Of a stretch of DNA of 64,000 nucleotides, positions 37,466-48,010 are shown piece by piece. The DNA is from an uncultured Moraxellaceae bacterium (GTDB lineage: Bacteria > Pseudomonadota > Gammaproteobacteria > Pseudomonadales > Moraxellaceae). Made by a program: the position numbers and the translations under genes. The notes below the pieces were generated by a model that worked only from the letters and a program-made list of their open reading frames with translations, was not told the DNA's origin and made no database searches. The stretch covers positions 17,539 to 81,538 of the forward strand of contig CAJXOR010000001.1 in NCBI GenBank assembly GCA_913057715.1, in the 5' to 3' direction. Positions within the stretch are counted from its first letter, which is position 1. Each line of letters starts with the position of its first letter.

Positions 37466-39373
37466 TTACTTTTTGTCGTCTTCAACCTCAGTAAAGTCAG
37501 CATCAACCACCGAGTCATCGTCTGACTCAGGAGCTTGCTCGCCCTCGCCGCCCTGAGGAGCTTCCTGCGCATGAACCTTTTGCAGGATTGGCATCGCGAT
37601 GTTTTGCAGTGCCTCAACCTTGGCCTTGATCTCGTCTGAGTCGTCTTGCTTGACCGCAGTTTCTACCGCATCGATCGCGTCAGAGACTTGCTGCTTCTCA
37701 TCGTCCGAGATCTTATCCGCGTGCTCATCTAGTGTTTTGCGCATGCTGTGCGTCACGGCGTCGGCTTCGTTACGAGCGGCAGCCAGATCAGCGAACTTTT
37801 TGTCCTCTTCGGCATTTGCCTCGGCCTCAGCCACCATGCGATCGATCTCTTCATCCGACAAACCAGAGTCCGCCTTGATCTGGATGCTCTGCGCTTTACC
37901 GGTGCCTTTATCAGTCGCCGAGATATTCATGATCCCGTTCGCATCGATGTCAAATGTCACTTCGATCTGCGGCACGCCGCGTGGGGCTGGCGGGATCTCA
38001 GCCAGATTGAACTGACCTAGCATCTTGTTTTGCGCCGCTTGCTTACGCTCACCCTGATACACCTGGATCGTAACCGCAGGTTGGTTATCTTCAGCAGTTG
38101 AGAACACCTGTGACTTTTTAGTCGGGATCATGGTGTTTTTCTCGATCACTGGCGTCATCACACCGCCCATGGTCTCGATACCCAGAGTCAGCGGAGTCAC
38201 GTCAAGTAGCAGTACGTCAGACTTATCACCTGAGAGTACCGCGCCCTGGATCGCAGCACCCATCGCAACTGCTTCGTCTGGGTTCACGTCTTTACGCGGC
38301 TCTTTACCAAAGAACTCCTGAACTTTTTGCTGTACCAGCGGCATACGCGATTGACCGCCGACCAAGATCACGTCCGAGATATCAGCGGCTTTGAGGCCAG
38401 CGTCCTCAAGCGCGATACGGCAAGGCTCGATCGTACGCTTAACCAGATCTTCAACCAACCCTTCAAGTTTAGAGCGGCTGATCGTGGTTACTAAGTGCTT
38501 GGGCCCTGTGGCGTCTGCAGTGATGTAGGGCAGATTCACCTCAGTGCTCTGGCTACCAGACAGCTCGATCTTGGCTTTCTCAGCAGCTTCCTTAAGACGC
38601 TGCATCGCCAGTGGGTCGCCTTTAAGATCGAAGTTGTTCTCGTCTTTAAAGGTTTTAACCAAGTACTCGATCAGTGCGTTATCGAAGTCTTCACCGCCCA
38701 GGAAGGTATCGCCGTTGGTGGCCAGTACTTCAAACTGCTGCTCACCGTCGACGTCGGCGATCTCGATGATCGACACGTCAAAGGTACCGCCGCCCAAGTC
38801 ATAGACCGCGATGGTTGAGTCGCCTTTTTTGTCCATGCCGTAAGCTAGGGCTGCGGCTGTCGGCTCGTTGATGATCCGCTTAACATCCAGTCCTGCGATC
38901 CTGCCGGCGTCTTTAGTGGCTTGGCGCTGAGCATCGTTAAAGTAAGCAGGCACGGTCACAACTGCTTCGGTGACTTTTTCACCCAAGTAGTCTTCAGCGG
39001 TTTGCTTCATCTTTTTTAAGATCTCAGCAGAAACCTGAGGTGCGGCCATCTTTTTGCCGCCGGCTTCAACCCAAGCGTCGCCGTTTTCAGCTTTGACGAT
39101 CTTGTAGGGCACCATGCCGATGTCTTTTTGCACGACTTTGTCTTCAAAGCGGCGACCGATCAGACGCTTGATGGCGAACAGGGTGTTTTTCGGGTTGGTG
39201 ACCGCTTGACGCTTGGCACTTTGTCCGACCAGTGTCTCGCCGTCTTTGTAGGCGACGATCGAGGGGGTGGTGCGCGCGCCTTCTGCGTTTTCGATCACTT
39301 TAACTTTGTCGCCTTCCATCACGGCAACACATGAGTTGGTGGTTCCTAAATCAATACCAATAATCTTGGCCAT
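37466..39373 (-). CDS. dnaK: Molecular chaperone DnaK (Hsp70)
   Basis: [18 protein letters not shown]..., [13 protein letters not shown] and [11 protein letters not shown]. Full-length at 635 aa. Confidence 0.99.
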   Translation of the reverse strand: MAKIIGIDLGTTNSCVAVMEGDKVKVIENAEGARTTPSIVAYKDGETLVGQSAKRQAVTNPKNTLFAIKRLIGRRFEDKVVQKDIGMVPYKIVKAENGDAWVEAGGKKMAAPQVSAEILKKMKQTAEDYLGEKVTEAVVTVPAYFNDAQRQATKDAGRIAGLDVKRIINEPTAAALAYGMDKKGDSTIAVYDLGGGTFDVSIIEIADVDGEQQFEVLATNGDTFLGGEDFDNALIEYLVKTFKDENNFDLKGDPLAMQRLKEAAEKAKIELSGSQSTEVNLPYITADATGPKHLVTTISRSKLEGLVEDLVKRTIEPCRIALEDAGLKAADISDVILVGGQSRMPLVQQKVQEFFGKEPRKDVNPDEAVAMGAAIQGAVLSGDKSDVLLLDVTPLTLGIETMGGVMTPVIEKNTMIPTKKSQVFSTAEDNQPAVTIQVYQGERKQAAQNKMLGQFNLAEIPPAPRGVPQIEVTFDIDANGIMNISATDKGTGKAQSIQIKADSGLSDEEIDRMVAEAEANAEEDKKFADLAAARNEADAVTHSMRKTLDEHADKISDDEKQQVSDAIDAVETAVKQDDSDEIKAKVEALQNIAMPILQKVHAQEAPQGGEGEQAPESDDDSVVDADFTEVEDDKK

Positions 39374-39462
39374 TTTTAATCTCCAGTTAGTTTTGCTTAC
39401 TTAATTAGTGCGGGCCAGTTGCCCGCGAACTTGCTAAAGCGTTGTGTGTTTGGGTCACTATC

Positions 39463-39490
39463 TATATGGGGGAGCGACTTCGGTTTTCAA
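39463..39490 (-). promoter_or_regulatory. Sigma-32 (heat-shock) type promoter for dnaK
   Basis: The minus strand reads CTTGAAAACCGAAGTCGCTCCCCCATAT. This matches the -35 CTTGAAA and -10 CCCCATNT consensus and lies about 90 nt upstream of the dnaK ATG. Confidence 0.7.
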
Positions 39491-39577
39491 GTGGGCGGTG
39501 TTTCGCCGGCTTAAACCAATTGAGCCAAATGCCAACGGATGTCCCATCCCGCCGCACTCAAGCTCAGCGCTCCGCTC

Positions 39578-40165
39578 TTACTGCCCGACCCGAACCATCG
39601 CGGGTCTAAGCAGACGCTCCTCTAAGCGATAGCCTTTTTGCAGCACCTGAGCAACTTTGCCCGCCTCTGCCTCAGGATCGACGCCGACCGCTTCATGAAA
39701 ATCAGCGTTGAAGTCCTGCCCCACCGGATCGATCACCTCGATCTTGTGGCGCTCTAAAGTTGAGAGCATCGCTTTATAAGTGATGCGCACGCCGTCTAGC
39801 AGTGCGTCTGAGTCTTTAGAGTCGGCGGCTTCAGCGGCGGTGATGGCGCGCTCTAAGTTATCGACGATCTCAAGCAGATCGCGCGCTAAGCGCTCGTTGG
39901 CAAACTTGCGCGCGCTTGCGGTTTCACGCTCTACGCGCTTTTGAAAGTTGTACATATCAGCGTTGGCGCGGGCTTTGGTTTCAGTCAGCTGCTTTTCCAG
40001 CTCTTCAACTCGTGCGTAGTGATCAATCACCGGATCATGCTCGTCAGTTTGCTGATCTGGGTTTTCGCTAGGCTCAGTGCCCGCCTCAAAATCAGCGTCT
40101 TGGCTCATCTGCTCAAGCTCATCTAGCGGATTGGTGTCGGGTTTGGGGGTATTTGCATCGCTCAC
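39578..40165 (-). CDS. grpE: Nucleotide exchange factor GrpE
   Basis: Acidic N-terminus, a coiled-coil, then ARDLLEIVDNLERA...GYRLEERLLRPAMVRV. It lies upstream of dnaK. Confidence 0.95.
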   Translation of the reverse strand: MSDANTPKPDTNPLDELEQMSQDADFEAGTEPSENPDQQTDEHDPVIDHYARVEELEKQLTETKARANADMYNFQKRVERETASARKFANERLARDLLEIVDNLERAITAAEAADSKDSDALLDGVRITYKAMLSTLERHKIEVIDPVGQDFNADFHEAVGVDPEAEAGKVAQVLQKGYRLEERLLRPAMVRVGQ

Positions 40166-40196
40166 GGAGTGCTCCTTATTTGTGTTGCTTGTCTCT

Positions 40197-40225
40197 TAGG
40201 TGGGATCGATTGTGCGCTTTTCAAG
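40197..40225 (-). promoter_or_regulatory. Sigma-32-like promoter for grpE
   Basis: The minus strand reads CTTGAAAAGCGCACAATCGATCCCACCTA, with a perfect -35 CTTGAAA and a -10 CCCACCTA that approximates CCCCATNT. Confidence 0.5.
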
Positions 40226-40574
40226 GGCGCAGCTGTAAATTCATCTCAAATCCCCAAATTTAGTGGGGTTTCATATGATTTTGAGCGGGGAGTGAGCGCT
40301 ATGCCTCAAGTTTTGACTGCGGGTGTTTTTCTGAGACCTCAAAAGAGATTGAGCTGAGAGATGGGCAAACAAAAGTGGTCAAACGCCGCCAAGTTAACTT
40401 GGCGATGACGGATCAAGCGCGGCGGTTTTTTACGCGTGAGGGCGGCCAGCAGTGACATTTGACTAAAGATTTGGCTTTGCGTCGTTATGTTAGCCGCGTC
40501 CTATCTGGGTGATTAAATTGAGGTACTATAAAGGCAAAATTGACGTCAGCTCAGGCTGATTTGCAGGAGTGAAC

Positions 40575-41627
40575 ATGCCACGCAAGCTATCGATCGCGCT
40601 GTATAAAGCGCAAAAATTTGTTGCCGTCTCGGCGGCTAAACTGCCAGCCCCGCTGCTCGGCGCGATGGGGCGTGCGCTGGATCCTAACCTCGCGAACGCT
40701 GACTCGCACATGCGTGTGCTGCTGGGCGCAAGCCGAGCATCTGGCCACAAACTGATCACGCCCAACGTTAAAAAATCACGTAAAAACTACGAGGCGATCT
40801 GTATCGGCTCGCGCGATGCAACGATCGAGATGCATGAAGTTGAGACGCTCACTTTGGATCACCCTGAAGTTAAGCGCGGGCTTAAGATGCGCCGCTATGT
40901 GCCCAACAAGCCAAGCGGTACAGATGCGATGCTGGTGTTTTTTCACGGCGGCGGCTTCGTGCTGGGATCGCTTGAAACCCACGATGAGTTTTGCAGACTG
41001 TTTGCGCGAGAATCGGGTATGCAGGTGCTGGCGCTGGATTATCGCTTAGCGCCTGAGCATGTGGCGCCTGCGGCGATCTTGGATTGTGAGCTGTGTTTGA
41101 GCTTTGCTTTCAAGTCGGCTGCACGCTTCGGGGTATCGACAGACCGCATCGCGGTGGGCGGGGACAGCGCCGGGGGCAACTTAGCTGCCGTAATCACCCA
41201 GCAAACACGCGGCAGTGACATCCAAAGCTGTGCTCAACTGCTCATCTACCCGACCGCCGATACGGTTAAGCCCTACCCCAGCCACGATCGTTGGGGCACC
41301 GGCTATACGCTGAGTTTTGAGGACATGTCGGTTTTTGAGTCGATCTACATGGGTAAAAACAACGCCTTGGATCTGACCGATCCACTCATAGCGCCGATTC
41401 GCGGCGATCTTAAAAAACTGCCGCCCGCCCTGGTGGTGATCGCTGAGATTGATGTGTTGAGCGACGAAGGCGTCGCCTATGCGCAGAAGCTTGAAAGTGC
41501 TGGCGTTAAGGCCCAGACCCAGCAGTGTTTTGGTCTGCCGCACGGCTTTATCCACATGATCGGTTTGCATGAGGGTTCGAAGCAGGCGTGCATCAAGATG
41601 GCCAAAAACTTCGCCAAGATGGTCTAA
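40575..41627 (+). CDS. Alpha/beta hydrolase, hormone-sensitive-lipase-family esterase
   Basis: Oxyanion HGGGF (FFHGGGFVLGS) and nucleophile elbow GDSAGGNLA. Confidence 0.85.
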   Translation: MPRKLSIALYKAQKFVAVSAAKLPAPLLGAMGRALDPNLANADSHMRVLLGASRASGHKLITPNVKKSRKNYEAICIGSRDATIEMHEVETLTLDHPEVKRGLKMRRYVPNKPSGTDAMLVFFHGGGFVLGSLETHDEFCRLFARESGMQVLALDYRLAPEHVAPAAILDCELCLSFAFKSAARFGVSTDRIAVGGDSAGGNLAAVITQQTRGSDIQSCAQLLIYPTADTVKPYPSHDRWGTGYTLSFEDMSVFESIYMGKNNALDLTDPLIAPIRGDLKKLPPALVVIAEIDVLSDEGVAYAQKLESAGVKAQTQQCFGLPHGFIHMIGLHEGSKQACIKMAKNFAKMV

Positions 41628-41730
41628 GCGCTTTAGTTTTTGAAACTTCAGCTGTCGTGTCGTTCTATCGCGCCAGCTGAACATAGGGCTTATCTTAGCG
41701 TTAGATTATGAGTTTCAAATGCGGCAACAC

Positions 41731-42306
41731 TCAGCGAAGCTGTTTTCCGCTGTGCAGATCGATCAGGCGACTGGGTTTCTCAAACCCCAAGGTATTTCCC
41801 TCAAAGTAAGTCACTGCGCTACCAAATATGTCCATCGCCTCTTCTAAACTTCGCGCGGTGGGCTCGCCGCTTAAGTTGCAGCTGGTTGAGATGATCGGCG
41901 CTCCGAAAGCAGCAATCAGTTGAGAGATCTGCCAGTGAGGTGTGACCCTGAGCGCGACCGTCTCATGACTGCCCATGATCCACTGGGGTATGCTGTCAGG
42001 TGCGGGTTTCACCAGAAAACTGGTGGCACGGCTTTTTTGATTGAGCCAGCCACTTTTGAGTTTGGCCAAATCCGCGGAACTTAGGTGCTTAGTGCAGTGA
42101 GCAAAGCGCGCCGGCGTATCAGCAAGTAGGATCACGCCCTTGTCAGCGGGACGGTTTTTTACTTCCAAGAGTGCTTCAAACGCGCGCTGGCTAAACGGGT
42201 CGCAGCCGATCCCCCAGACACTTTCGGTTGGATAAACCAGCAGCTCTCCTCGCTTGAGGCTCCTTGCGGCTTGCTGCGGAGTAGTAAAAAGCCTCAATGC
42301 GTCCAC
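41731..42306 (-). CDS. tsaC: L-threonylcarbamoyladenylate synthase type 1 (YrdC/TsaC)
   Basis: GELLVYPTESVWGIGCDP...VKNRPADKGVILL...STSCNLSGEP. It has conserved linkage with dprA. Confidence 0.85.
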   Translation of the reverse strand: MDALRLFTTPQQAARSLKRGELLVYPTESVWGIGCDPFSQRAFEALLEVKNRPADKGVILLADTPARFAHCTKHLSSADLAKLKSGWLNQKSRATSFLVKPAPDSIPQWIMGSHETVALRVTPHWQISQLIAAFGAPIISTSCNLSGEPTARSLEEAMDIFGSAVTYFEGNTLGFEKPSRLIDLHSGKQLR

Positions 42307-43553
42307 CCGCTGCGCTGATAGCGCCCGGCTTGCTGAGTGATCTGCCCGCTGATCTCAAGCAACGTGAGCTGCTCTATGATCTGTGGAATTGGTTGAGAGA
42401 GCTGGTTCACCAATTCATCCAAGCTCATGGCTTGGCTACTGAGCGCCTCCAGTAATGGGGTATCCGCTGGGCCTTGCTGGGTGCGGCGCGGCTCACGTGC
42501 ACTGTGATCGGATTTTGTTTGCATGAAGGGGTCAGCTTGAGCTCTCTCGTGCAACTGATTTGATGCAGCCCTGACTAATTGGTGTTCTGTGGAGCTTCCG
42601 GCGCTGGCAGAGTTTGCTCGCTGATCGGCAATCAGCACTTTGATCTGAGAACTCAGATCCTCAAGCACCTGCTCTGGCTGGTAGCATAGAGTAGCCCCGC
42701 CGCGGATCAGGTCATGACAGCCGACCGCTTTTTGGTTACCGATGAATCCGGGCACCGCAAAGACGCTGCGTCCGAACTCAGCTGCCATGCTGGCGGTGAT
42801 GAGCGATCCGCTTCTTTGCGCTGCCTCTATCACTAGTGTGCCCATACTCATACCGCTGATGATCCGATTGCGTCTGGGAAAGTGGTGTTTGAGTGCTCGA
42901 GTCCCAGGCAGATACTCACTGATAACGGCGCCTCCTTGATCCAACACATCTTCAAGTAGTTTTTGATTGCTGGGTGGGTAGCACAGATCGACCCCGCAGC
43001 CCATCACCGCGACGGTTTGTGCGCCGCTGGTTTCTGGGGCTGCCTTGAGCGCTGCTGCGTGTGCGACTGCATCGATACCGGCAGCCAAGCCGCTCACGAT
43101 GCTCAGGCCTGAGCGGCTGAGCATCTGCACAAACTGCTCGGTGGTGGCTCTGGCACTGGGAGTGGGAGATCGAGTGCCTACTACCGCTAAGTGCGGGTCA
43201 GCAAGCAGCGCTTGACGACCTCGCCCAAAGAGCACTGCGGGGGCGTCGTCGACTTCACAAAGCAAGGCAGGATAATCTGGGTCGCCGTGATAACTGACCC
43301 AAAAACGCTGATCCCTCAATTGTGAGAGCGTTTGCTCAAGCTGCTTGAGTGAGCTTTGGGGTTCAGACAGCCGCTTGATGTGGGTGCCGTGCACGCCTGC
43401 CCCCGACCATGCGCTGATCGGCTCTCGGAGCGCTGCTTCAGCAGAGCCAAAGGCGCCTGTCAGCTTGGCGTAGGCCGCGCTACTGGCTTGAACTAAGCAC
43501 CACAAGATCAGTCTTGGATCAGACCCGCCAAACTGAGTTTGATCGATAAGCAT
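42294..43553 (-). CDS. dprA: DNA-processing protein DprA (Smf)
   Basis: Rossmann-like core AVVGTRSPT...IVSGLAAGIDAVAHAAAL...TVAVMGCGVD..YP..N and a C-terminal wHTH-like domain. Confidence 0.9.
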   Translation of the reverse strand: MLIDQTQFGGSDPRLILWCLVQASSAAYAKLTGAFGSAEAALREPISAWSGAGVHGTHIKRLSEPQSSLKQLEQTLSQLRDQRFWVSYHGDPDYPALLCEVDDAPAVLFGRGRQALLADPHLAVVGTRSPTPSARATTEQFVQMLSRSGLSIVSGLAAGIDAVAHAAALKAAPETSGAQTVAVMGCGVDLCYPPSNQKLLEDVLDQGGAVISEYLPGTRALKHHFPRRNRIISGMSMGTLVIEAAQRSGSLITASMAAEFGRSVFAVPGFIGNQKAVGCHDLIRGGATLCYQPEQVLEDLSSQIKVLIADQRANSASAGSSTEHQLVRAASNQLHERAQADPFMQTKSDHSAREPRRTQQGPADTPLLEALSSQAMSLDELVNQLSQPIPQIIEQLTLLEISGQITQQAGRYQRSGWTH

Positions 43554-43562
43554 GTGATCAGA

Positions 43563-44666
43563 TCAAAAGGCCAGCGGAGAAAGCAGTTGATCCCCTGGAC
43601 GAACGATCTCGTCTGCCTCAAGCACATAAGCGTAGCTGACTTTGTCAAAGGTCTTAAAGATCATCAGCATGCCGCTGCGCTCGCTCGGCAGCTCAACCAA
43701 TTCACCTTGAGCACGTCGATCTAGGACGGTTGCGCCATCGCGGTAGATGGTAAAGACATCTCCGGCCTTAGCGCCATCGAGGCGACCCATATCGACGCTG
43801 ACGACTGAGTTTGCTGTTGCAGATCCCAGTGAGCCCAGTACCTTAAGTACCTCTCCTGAGAGGTTGGCATTGGCGGCGTTTGGATAGAAAATTGGCTGAT
43901 AAGCGTCGTCCAGATCGATAAAGACTCGGTCACCCTCGCGCACTTCTTCACGCATGGATTGGGTGATCTCAAGAGTGGTGATGTCTTTACCTGAGGTCGA
44001 TACCGCTAACGCTTTACCAATCTGCTGAACTTCTTGCCCTAAGGTCTTGCCAGTGTCTGGATCGTAGTAAAAGTCTCCAGCACGGTAGATCCCGTAGTCT
44101 TCACCTAAGATAAGCTTGGCGCCGCGCGCGTAGACCGTGTTACCTGCTCCAGTGATGATGCTGCCGGATTTAGACGCCAGGATATAAGGCGTGCCCTTGA
44201 GGGCAACTGGATCAACCACTTGGGCGAAGTACAAGAAGGATTTGATGTCAGAGAGCGGGATCGCAGAGATCGCGCTCGATAGCGGCTCATAGCGTGCGAT
44301 TGCAGCTTTTTGGCCGGTCATACGCGCTTCTAAACCCGCACAGCCTTCACCGTCATCGATACCAATCAAGCGCTCGCCAGCGATGATGCACAAAATCAGG
44401 CGATCCCCAGGATAAATCAGGTTGGGGTTTCTGATCTGTGGATTGGTGCGGTAAATCTCAGGCCAGCGCCATGGCTCGCTCAGGTATTGACCTGAGATAT
44501 CCCAGAGTGTGTCGCCTTTTTGGACGACGTACACGTTGGGCGCTTCGACTTTGATCGCTGGAGGCGGGTTGTTTGCATGGGTGAGACCACTCAGCGTCAA
44601 TCCGGTGACTAAAGTGGTGGCAGCTAAAAATCCTGTCTTGAAACAAACCGGTAAACTTGGGCGCAT
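43563..44666 (-). CDS. LysM domain protein, TsaP-like
   Basis: Signal peptide, then LysM VYVVQKGDTLWDISGQYLSEPWRWPEIYRTNPQIRNPNLIYPGDRL. The position between dprA and def matches that of the TsaP-type genes of Pseudomonas and Neisseria, as I recall them. Confidence 0.65.
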   Translation of the reverse strand: MRPSLPVCFKTGFLAATTLVTGLTLSGLTHANNPPPAIKVEAPNVYVVQKGDTLWDISGQYLSEPWRWPEIYRTNPQIRNPNLIYPGDRLILCIIAGERLIGIDDGEGCAGLEARMTGQKAAIARYEPLSSAISAIPLSDIKSFLYFAQVVDPVALKGTPYILASKSGSIITGAGNTVYARGAKLILGEDYGIYRAGDFYYDPDTGKTLGQEVQQIGKALAVSTSGKDITTLEITQSMREEVREGDRVFIDLDDAYQPIFYPNAANANLSGEVLKVLGSLGSATANSVVSVDMGRLDGAKAGDVFTIYRDGATVLDRRAQGELVELPSERSGMLMIFKTFDKVSYAYVLEADEIVRPGDQLLSPLAF

Positions 44667-44860
44667 GGGCCATCCTTTTTAGAGGCTGTAGCCAGCAAAG
44701 AGACTTCACCAAACCACGGCAGTCGCTGTACTTGTGGGCATTTTTCTTAGGTTAATCTGAGTTACAATAATCCTTTAAGCGGCTCAAGTCCAGTCACTAA
44801 CCGCTCGGTATCCTCTAAGGGTTTTTGACTGGCAAGACTAAGCAAAGCAAGGAGTTTTGT

Positions 44861-45370
44861 ATGACGGTACGAGACATACTGACCTATCCAGACCCACGTC
44901 TGCGCACCTTGGCCAAACCGGTCGAGCAAGTTGACGACACGATCAAAATCTTGATCGAGGATATGATCGAGACCATGTACGCCGCCGACGGTATCGGCCT
45001 TGCGGCAAGCCAAGTCGATGAGCACCTGCAGCTAGTGGTCATGGATTTAAGTAAAGAGCGCGATGCGCCAAGGGTGTTTATCAACCCTAAGATCACGGTG
45101 CTTGATGAGGAAAAACTTCCCTACGAGGAGGGTTGCTTGTCGGTACCGGGGATTTACGATGAGGTTGAGCGCCCGCGCGAGATCAAGATTGAGGCGCTGG
45201 ATCGGGAGGGCAACCCCTTTACCGAGATCGCCTCCGGATTGCTTGCGGTGTGTATCCAGCACGAGATGGACCACCTAAACGGTAAGCTGTTTGTGGATTA
45301 CCTATCTAAGCTCAAGCAAGACCGTGCCCGCACCAAGGTCACCAAGCTGGTGAAAGCGCAAAAAGCTTAA
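44861..45370 (+). CDS. def: Peptide deformylase
   Basis: Motifs [17 protein letters not shown] and [12 protein letters not shown] at 44861 follows AAGGAG. Confidence 0.96.
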   Translation: MTVRDILTYPDPRLRTLAKPVEQVDDTIKILIEDMIETMYAADGIGLAASQVDEHLQLVVMDLSKERDAPRVFINPKITVLDEEKLPYEEGCLSVPGIYDEVERPREIKIEALDREGNPFTEIASGLLAVCIQHEMDHLNGKLFVDYLSKLKQDRARTKVTKLVKAQKA

Positions 45371-45402
45371 GCAAAATGCCCACGCGGCTTAACCCCTCGC
45401 TA

Positions 45403-45427
45403 GCCACCGAATCCGGTGGCATTTTTA
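45403..45427 (+). terminator. Rho-independent terminator after def
   Basis: Hairpin GCCACC-GAATCC-GGTGGC followed by ATTTTTA. Confidence 0.6.
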
Positions 45428-45469
45428 TGGGTAAAAACACTGGGCTTAGCTTCGCCGCTTTGTAAGCTT

Positions 45470-45640
45470 GTGTTAAGATGCGCGCAGCGTTTGAGGTCGC
45501 TCAGATCACGGTCTGAGATGAAATGGGAAGCCGGTGCAAAACCGGCGCTGCCCCTGCAACGGTCAAGTGAAAACTTAAGCCCGACACCAGCCTCAAATTC
45601 ACTCACTAAACTGGCGCAGCGGGCGCGTGGTTTCGGAAAA
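45470..45640 (+). promoter_or_regulatory. Cobalamin (B12) riboswitch in the btuB leader
   Basis: Core AATGGGAAGCCGGTGCAAAACCGGCGCTGCCCCTGCAACGGT (45520-45561) and a B12-box-like AGCCCGACACCAGCC (45578-45592). It sits immediately upstream of a TonB-dependent receptor. The ends are approximate. Confidence 0.8.
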
Positions 45641-45651
45641 AAATCCCTCTC

Positions 45652-47469
45652 ATGAAAAAAACTGTCCTGTTTGCAGCGATCTGCGCTGCTTCGTTTTCCT
45701 CTGTCTCAAGTTTCGCAGCCGAATCGGCTACCGATAAAAAACCCATCGCGCTAGATGAAATCGTGATCAGCGGATCAGCCGGTTCTGCGGTCATGCCCGA
45801 TCCGATCATCGAGACTTACGTGATCGGCGAGCGTGAGTTAAGCCAAGTGATTGGCGGCACGATCTTTGATGCGCTGCGGTTTGCCCCTGGTATCGACGTC
45901 AACCAAAACGGTGGGATCGGCCAAAACTCAAGTATCTTCATCCGTGGCAACCGCTCCGAATCGACCTTGGTGTTGGTCGATGGCATGCGCTACGGCCAGA
46001 TCAGCTCCGGCAGCGCGCAGCTGGGTTTTATCCCAGTGGATACGATTGATCGGATTGAGGTTTACTACGGTGCAGCGGCTGCGGCGCGCTATGGCTCAGA
46101 CGCCACCGGCGGGGTGATCCAAGTGTTCACCAAGACCGCCAACAAACCCGGTTTTTCAGGCGACCTGCGAGGCAGTTTCGGCTCAGGCGATACCTTTAGC
46201 AGTAGCGTGAGCGGGGGCTACCAGTCTGACGCTTTTGACATAAATGTCACCGGCGGCACCCTGCGCGACGAGGGCATCAGCTCAGTGGTCGATGAAAACA
46301 ACTTCCGGTTTGAGTCCGACAAAGACGGTTATAAAAGCGACTTTGCTTCGCTTGCTTTGCGCGGGCGGTTGAGCGATAAATCCATGCTGCGCTTCAGCGG
46401 TGTCGCTGCCAGTTCAAACGCCGAATACGACTCCGGCGATCCAGCGCAGGGCACCAACGTCGACCTGCTCAACCAATCGGGTAACCTTGAATTTACTCAC
46501 CGGGAAGCGGGCTACTTGCTCAGCGCCTCTCACGGCATAAGCGTCGATAAAGCGATCAACAACACGCTTTTCCCCTCGGATTTTAAAACCCGTCAGGATT
46601 TGTCGAAGCTCTACCTGCATAAGGACACGGACCTTGCGCTTTTAAGCATAGGGGTCGAGCGCTTAAAGCAGGACCTCGTGTCGACATCAAACGGGATTGA
46701 TCGCGACCGCACTCTAAACAGCGCGGTGCTGGGCGCACTGCATGAAGGCACGGGGTTTGAGGCCAGCATCACTGGACGCTTAGATCATGTTGAGGGCGGC
46801 GATACCAAACAAAACGGCTCAGTAGGCGCCGCTGTGTATCTGACTCCAGAGATCAAGACCGGTGTTCAAGCGGCACGAAGCTACCGCCTGCCGACATTTA
46901 ACGATTTGTTTTTCCCTTTTGGCGCTAACCCCGATCTAAAGGCTGAGCAGTCGCGCTACTACGAGGTGTTCGGTGAGTACGCCGCGGGCAACCAAAGCCT
47001 GCGCTTGTCGGGCTACCGCACCGAGGTTGACGATTTTATCTTGCTGGATCAAAGCTTTATACCGCAAAACATCGCAAATGCCCGCCTGCTTGGGGCCAGT
47101 ATCAGCGGTAAAGCGGCGCTTGGCTGGGCAGATCTGGGCGCAGGCTACGACTACCTAGACGCCACTGACACCGAAACAGGGCAGGATTTACCCTACCGCT
47201 CTAACCATAAAGCCAACGCCTCAATCGGCGCGGGCGGCGCGGGCGGCTACGGACTGCTTCAGGCCAAGTGGACTGACCACCGCCCCTCTTCAAACCGCGT
47301 GGATCTTGACTCCTACTGGTTGGTTGACGCCAGTTTCCGCCAAAGCTTAAGCGACTGGGCGGCGGTGACCTACCGCATCGACAACTTACTCGATGAGGAC
47401 TATCAGCTGGTAGACGGCTTTGGCACGTCCGGGATTGAGGCAAGTCTCGCGCTCGATTTGAACTGGTAA
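45652..47469 (+). CDS. btuB: TonB-dependent vitamin B12 receptor (BtuB-like)
   Basis: Signal peptide, TonB box DEIVISGS, a plug domain (IFIRGNRSESTLVLVDGMRY) and a C-terminal beta-barrel ending LDLNW. A B12 riboswitch lies upstream. Confidence 0.85.
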   Translation: MKKTVLFAAICAASFSSVSSFAAESATDKKPIALDEIVISGSAGSAVMPDPIIETYVIGERELSQVIGGTIFDALRFAPGIDVNQNGGIGQNSSIFIRGNRSESTLVLVDGMRYGQISSGSAQLGFIPVDTIDRIEVYYGAAAAARYGSDATGGVIQVFTKTANKPGFSGDLRGSFGSGDTFSSSVSGGYQSDAFDINVTGGTLRDEGISSVVDENNFRFESDKDGYKSDFASLALRGRLSDKSMLRFSGVAASSNAEYDSGDPAQGTNVDLLNQSGNLEFTHREAGYLLSASHGISVDKAINNTLFPSDFKTRQDLSKLYLHKDTDLALLSIGVERLKQDLVSTSNGIDRDRTLNSAVLGALHEGTGFEASITGRLDHVEGGDTKQNGSVGAAVYLTPEIKTGVQAARSYRLPTFNDLFFPFGANPDLKAEQSRYYEVFGEYAAGNQSLRLSGYRTEVDDFILLDQSFIPQNIANARLLGASISGKAALGWADLGAGYDYLDATDTETGQDLPYRSNHKANASIGAGGAGGYGLLQAKWTDHRPSSNRVDLDSYWLVDASFRQSLSDWAAVTYRIDNLLDEDYQLVDGFGTSGIEASLALDLNW

Positions 47470-47512
47470 GTTTTTACCCAGGCTTAAAGCCAAGTCATAA
47501 AATGCCCCACAT

Positions 47513-47541
47513 AAAAAACCCCGCGTGATGCGGGGTTTTTT
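47513..47541. terminator. Bidirectional rho-independent terminator between convergent genes
   Basis: A6-CCCCGC-GTGAT-GCGGGG-T6. Confidence 0.8.
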
Positions 47542-47553
47542 ATGGCGCTGAGC

Positions 47554-47892
47554 TTAGGCGTAAACCGACTCTTTACCAAAGTGCTTGGTTAGCAAGTAGT
47601 AAACCACCACGCGATACTTGGTTGGCTTGCTGCGGCCGTATTTGTCGATCACCGCTTGGATCGCCCCGTCCAGATCTTCAGACTCAGAGACACCCAGTTT
47701 TTTGATCAGGAAGCTGTTTTTGACGGTGTCGAGCTCTTTTTGATCACTGCCAGCGACGGTGGCTGAGTCGCGGTTGTAGATCGAGGGACCCAGACCTTTG
47801 GCGACGGCGTGGAGTAAGTCAGCGTCGACAGACTCCCCGATCGCCTCTAGATCTGCGGTGTACTTAACTTTTAATTCGTCCAATTGGCTCAT
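47554..47892 (-). CDS. DUF2853 family protein
   Basis: From memory, GLGPSIYNRDSATVAGSDQKELDTVKNSFLIKKLG...YRVVVYYLLTKHFGKESVY matches DUF2853 proteins. Confidence 0.7.
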   Translation of the reverse strand: MSQLDELKVKYTADLEAIGESVDADLLHAVAKGLGPSIYNRDSATVAGSDQKELDTVKNSFLIKKLGVSESEDLDGAIQAVIDKYGRSKPTKYRVVVYYLLTKHFGKESVYA

Positions 47893-48010
47893 CGTTTTTC
47901 CTTTAATTACTTTTTAGGTTAGCTAACAGTTGCCCATCAAACATAGCACCAGATGGGTTGGCTGACAAACCTGAAAGTTGGACGTTTAGAGCCAATCAGT
48001 ACTCAAACAA

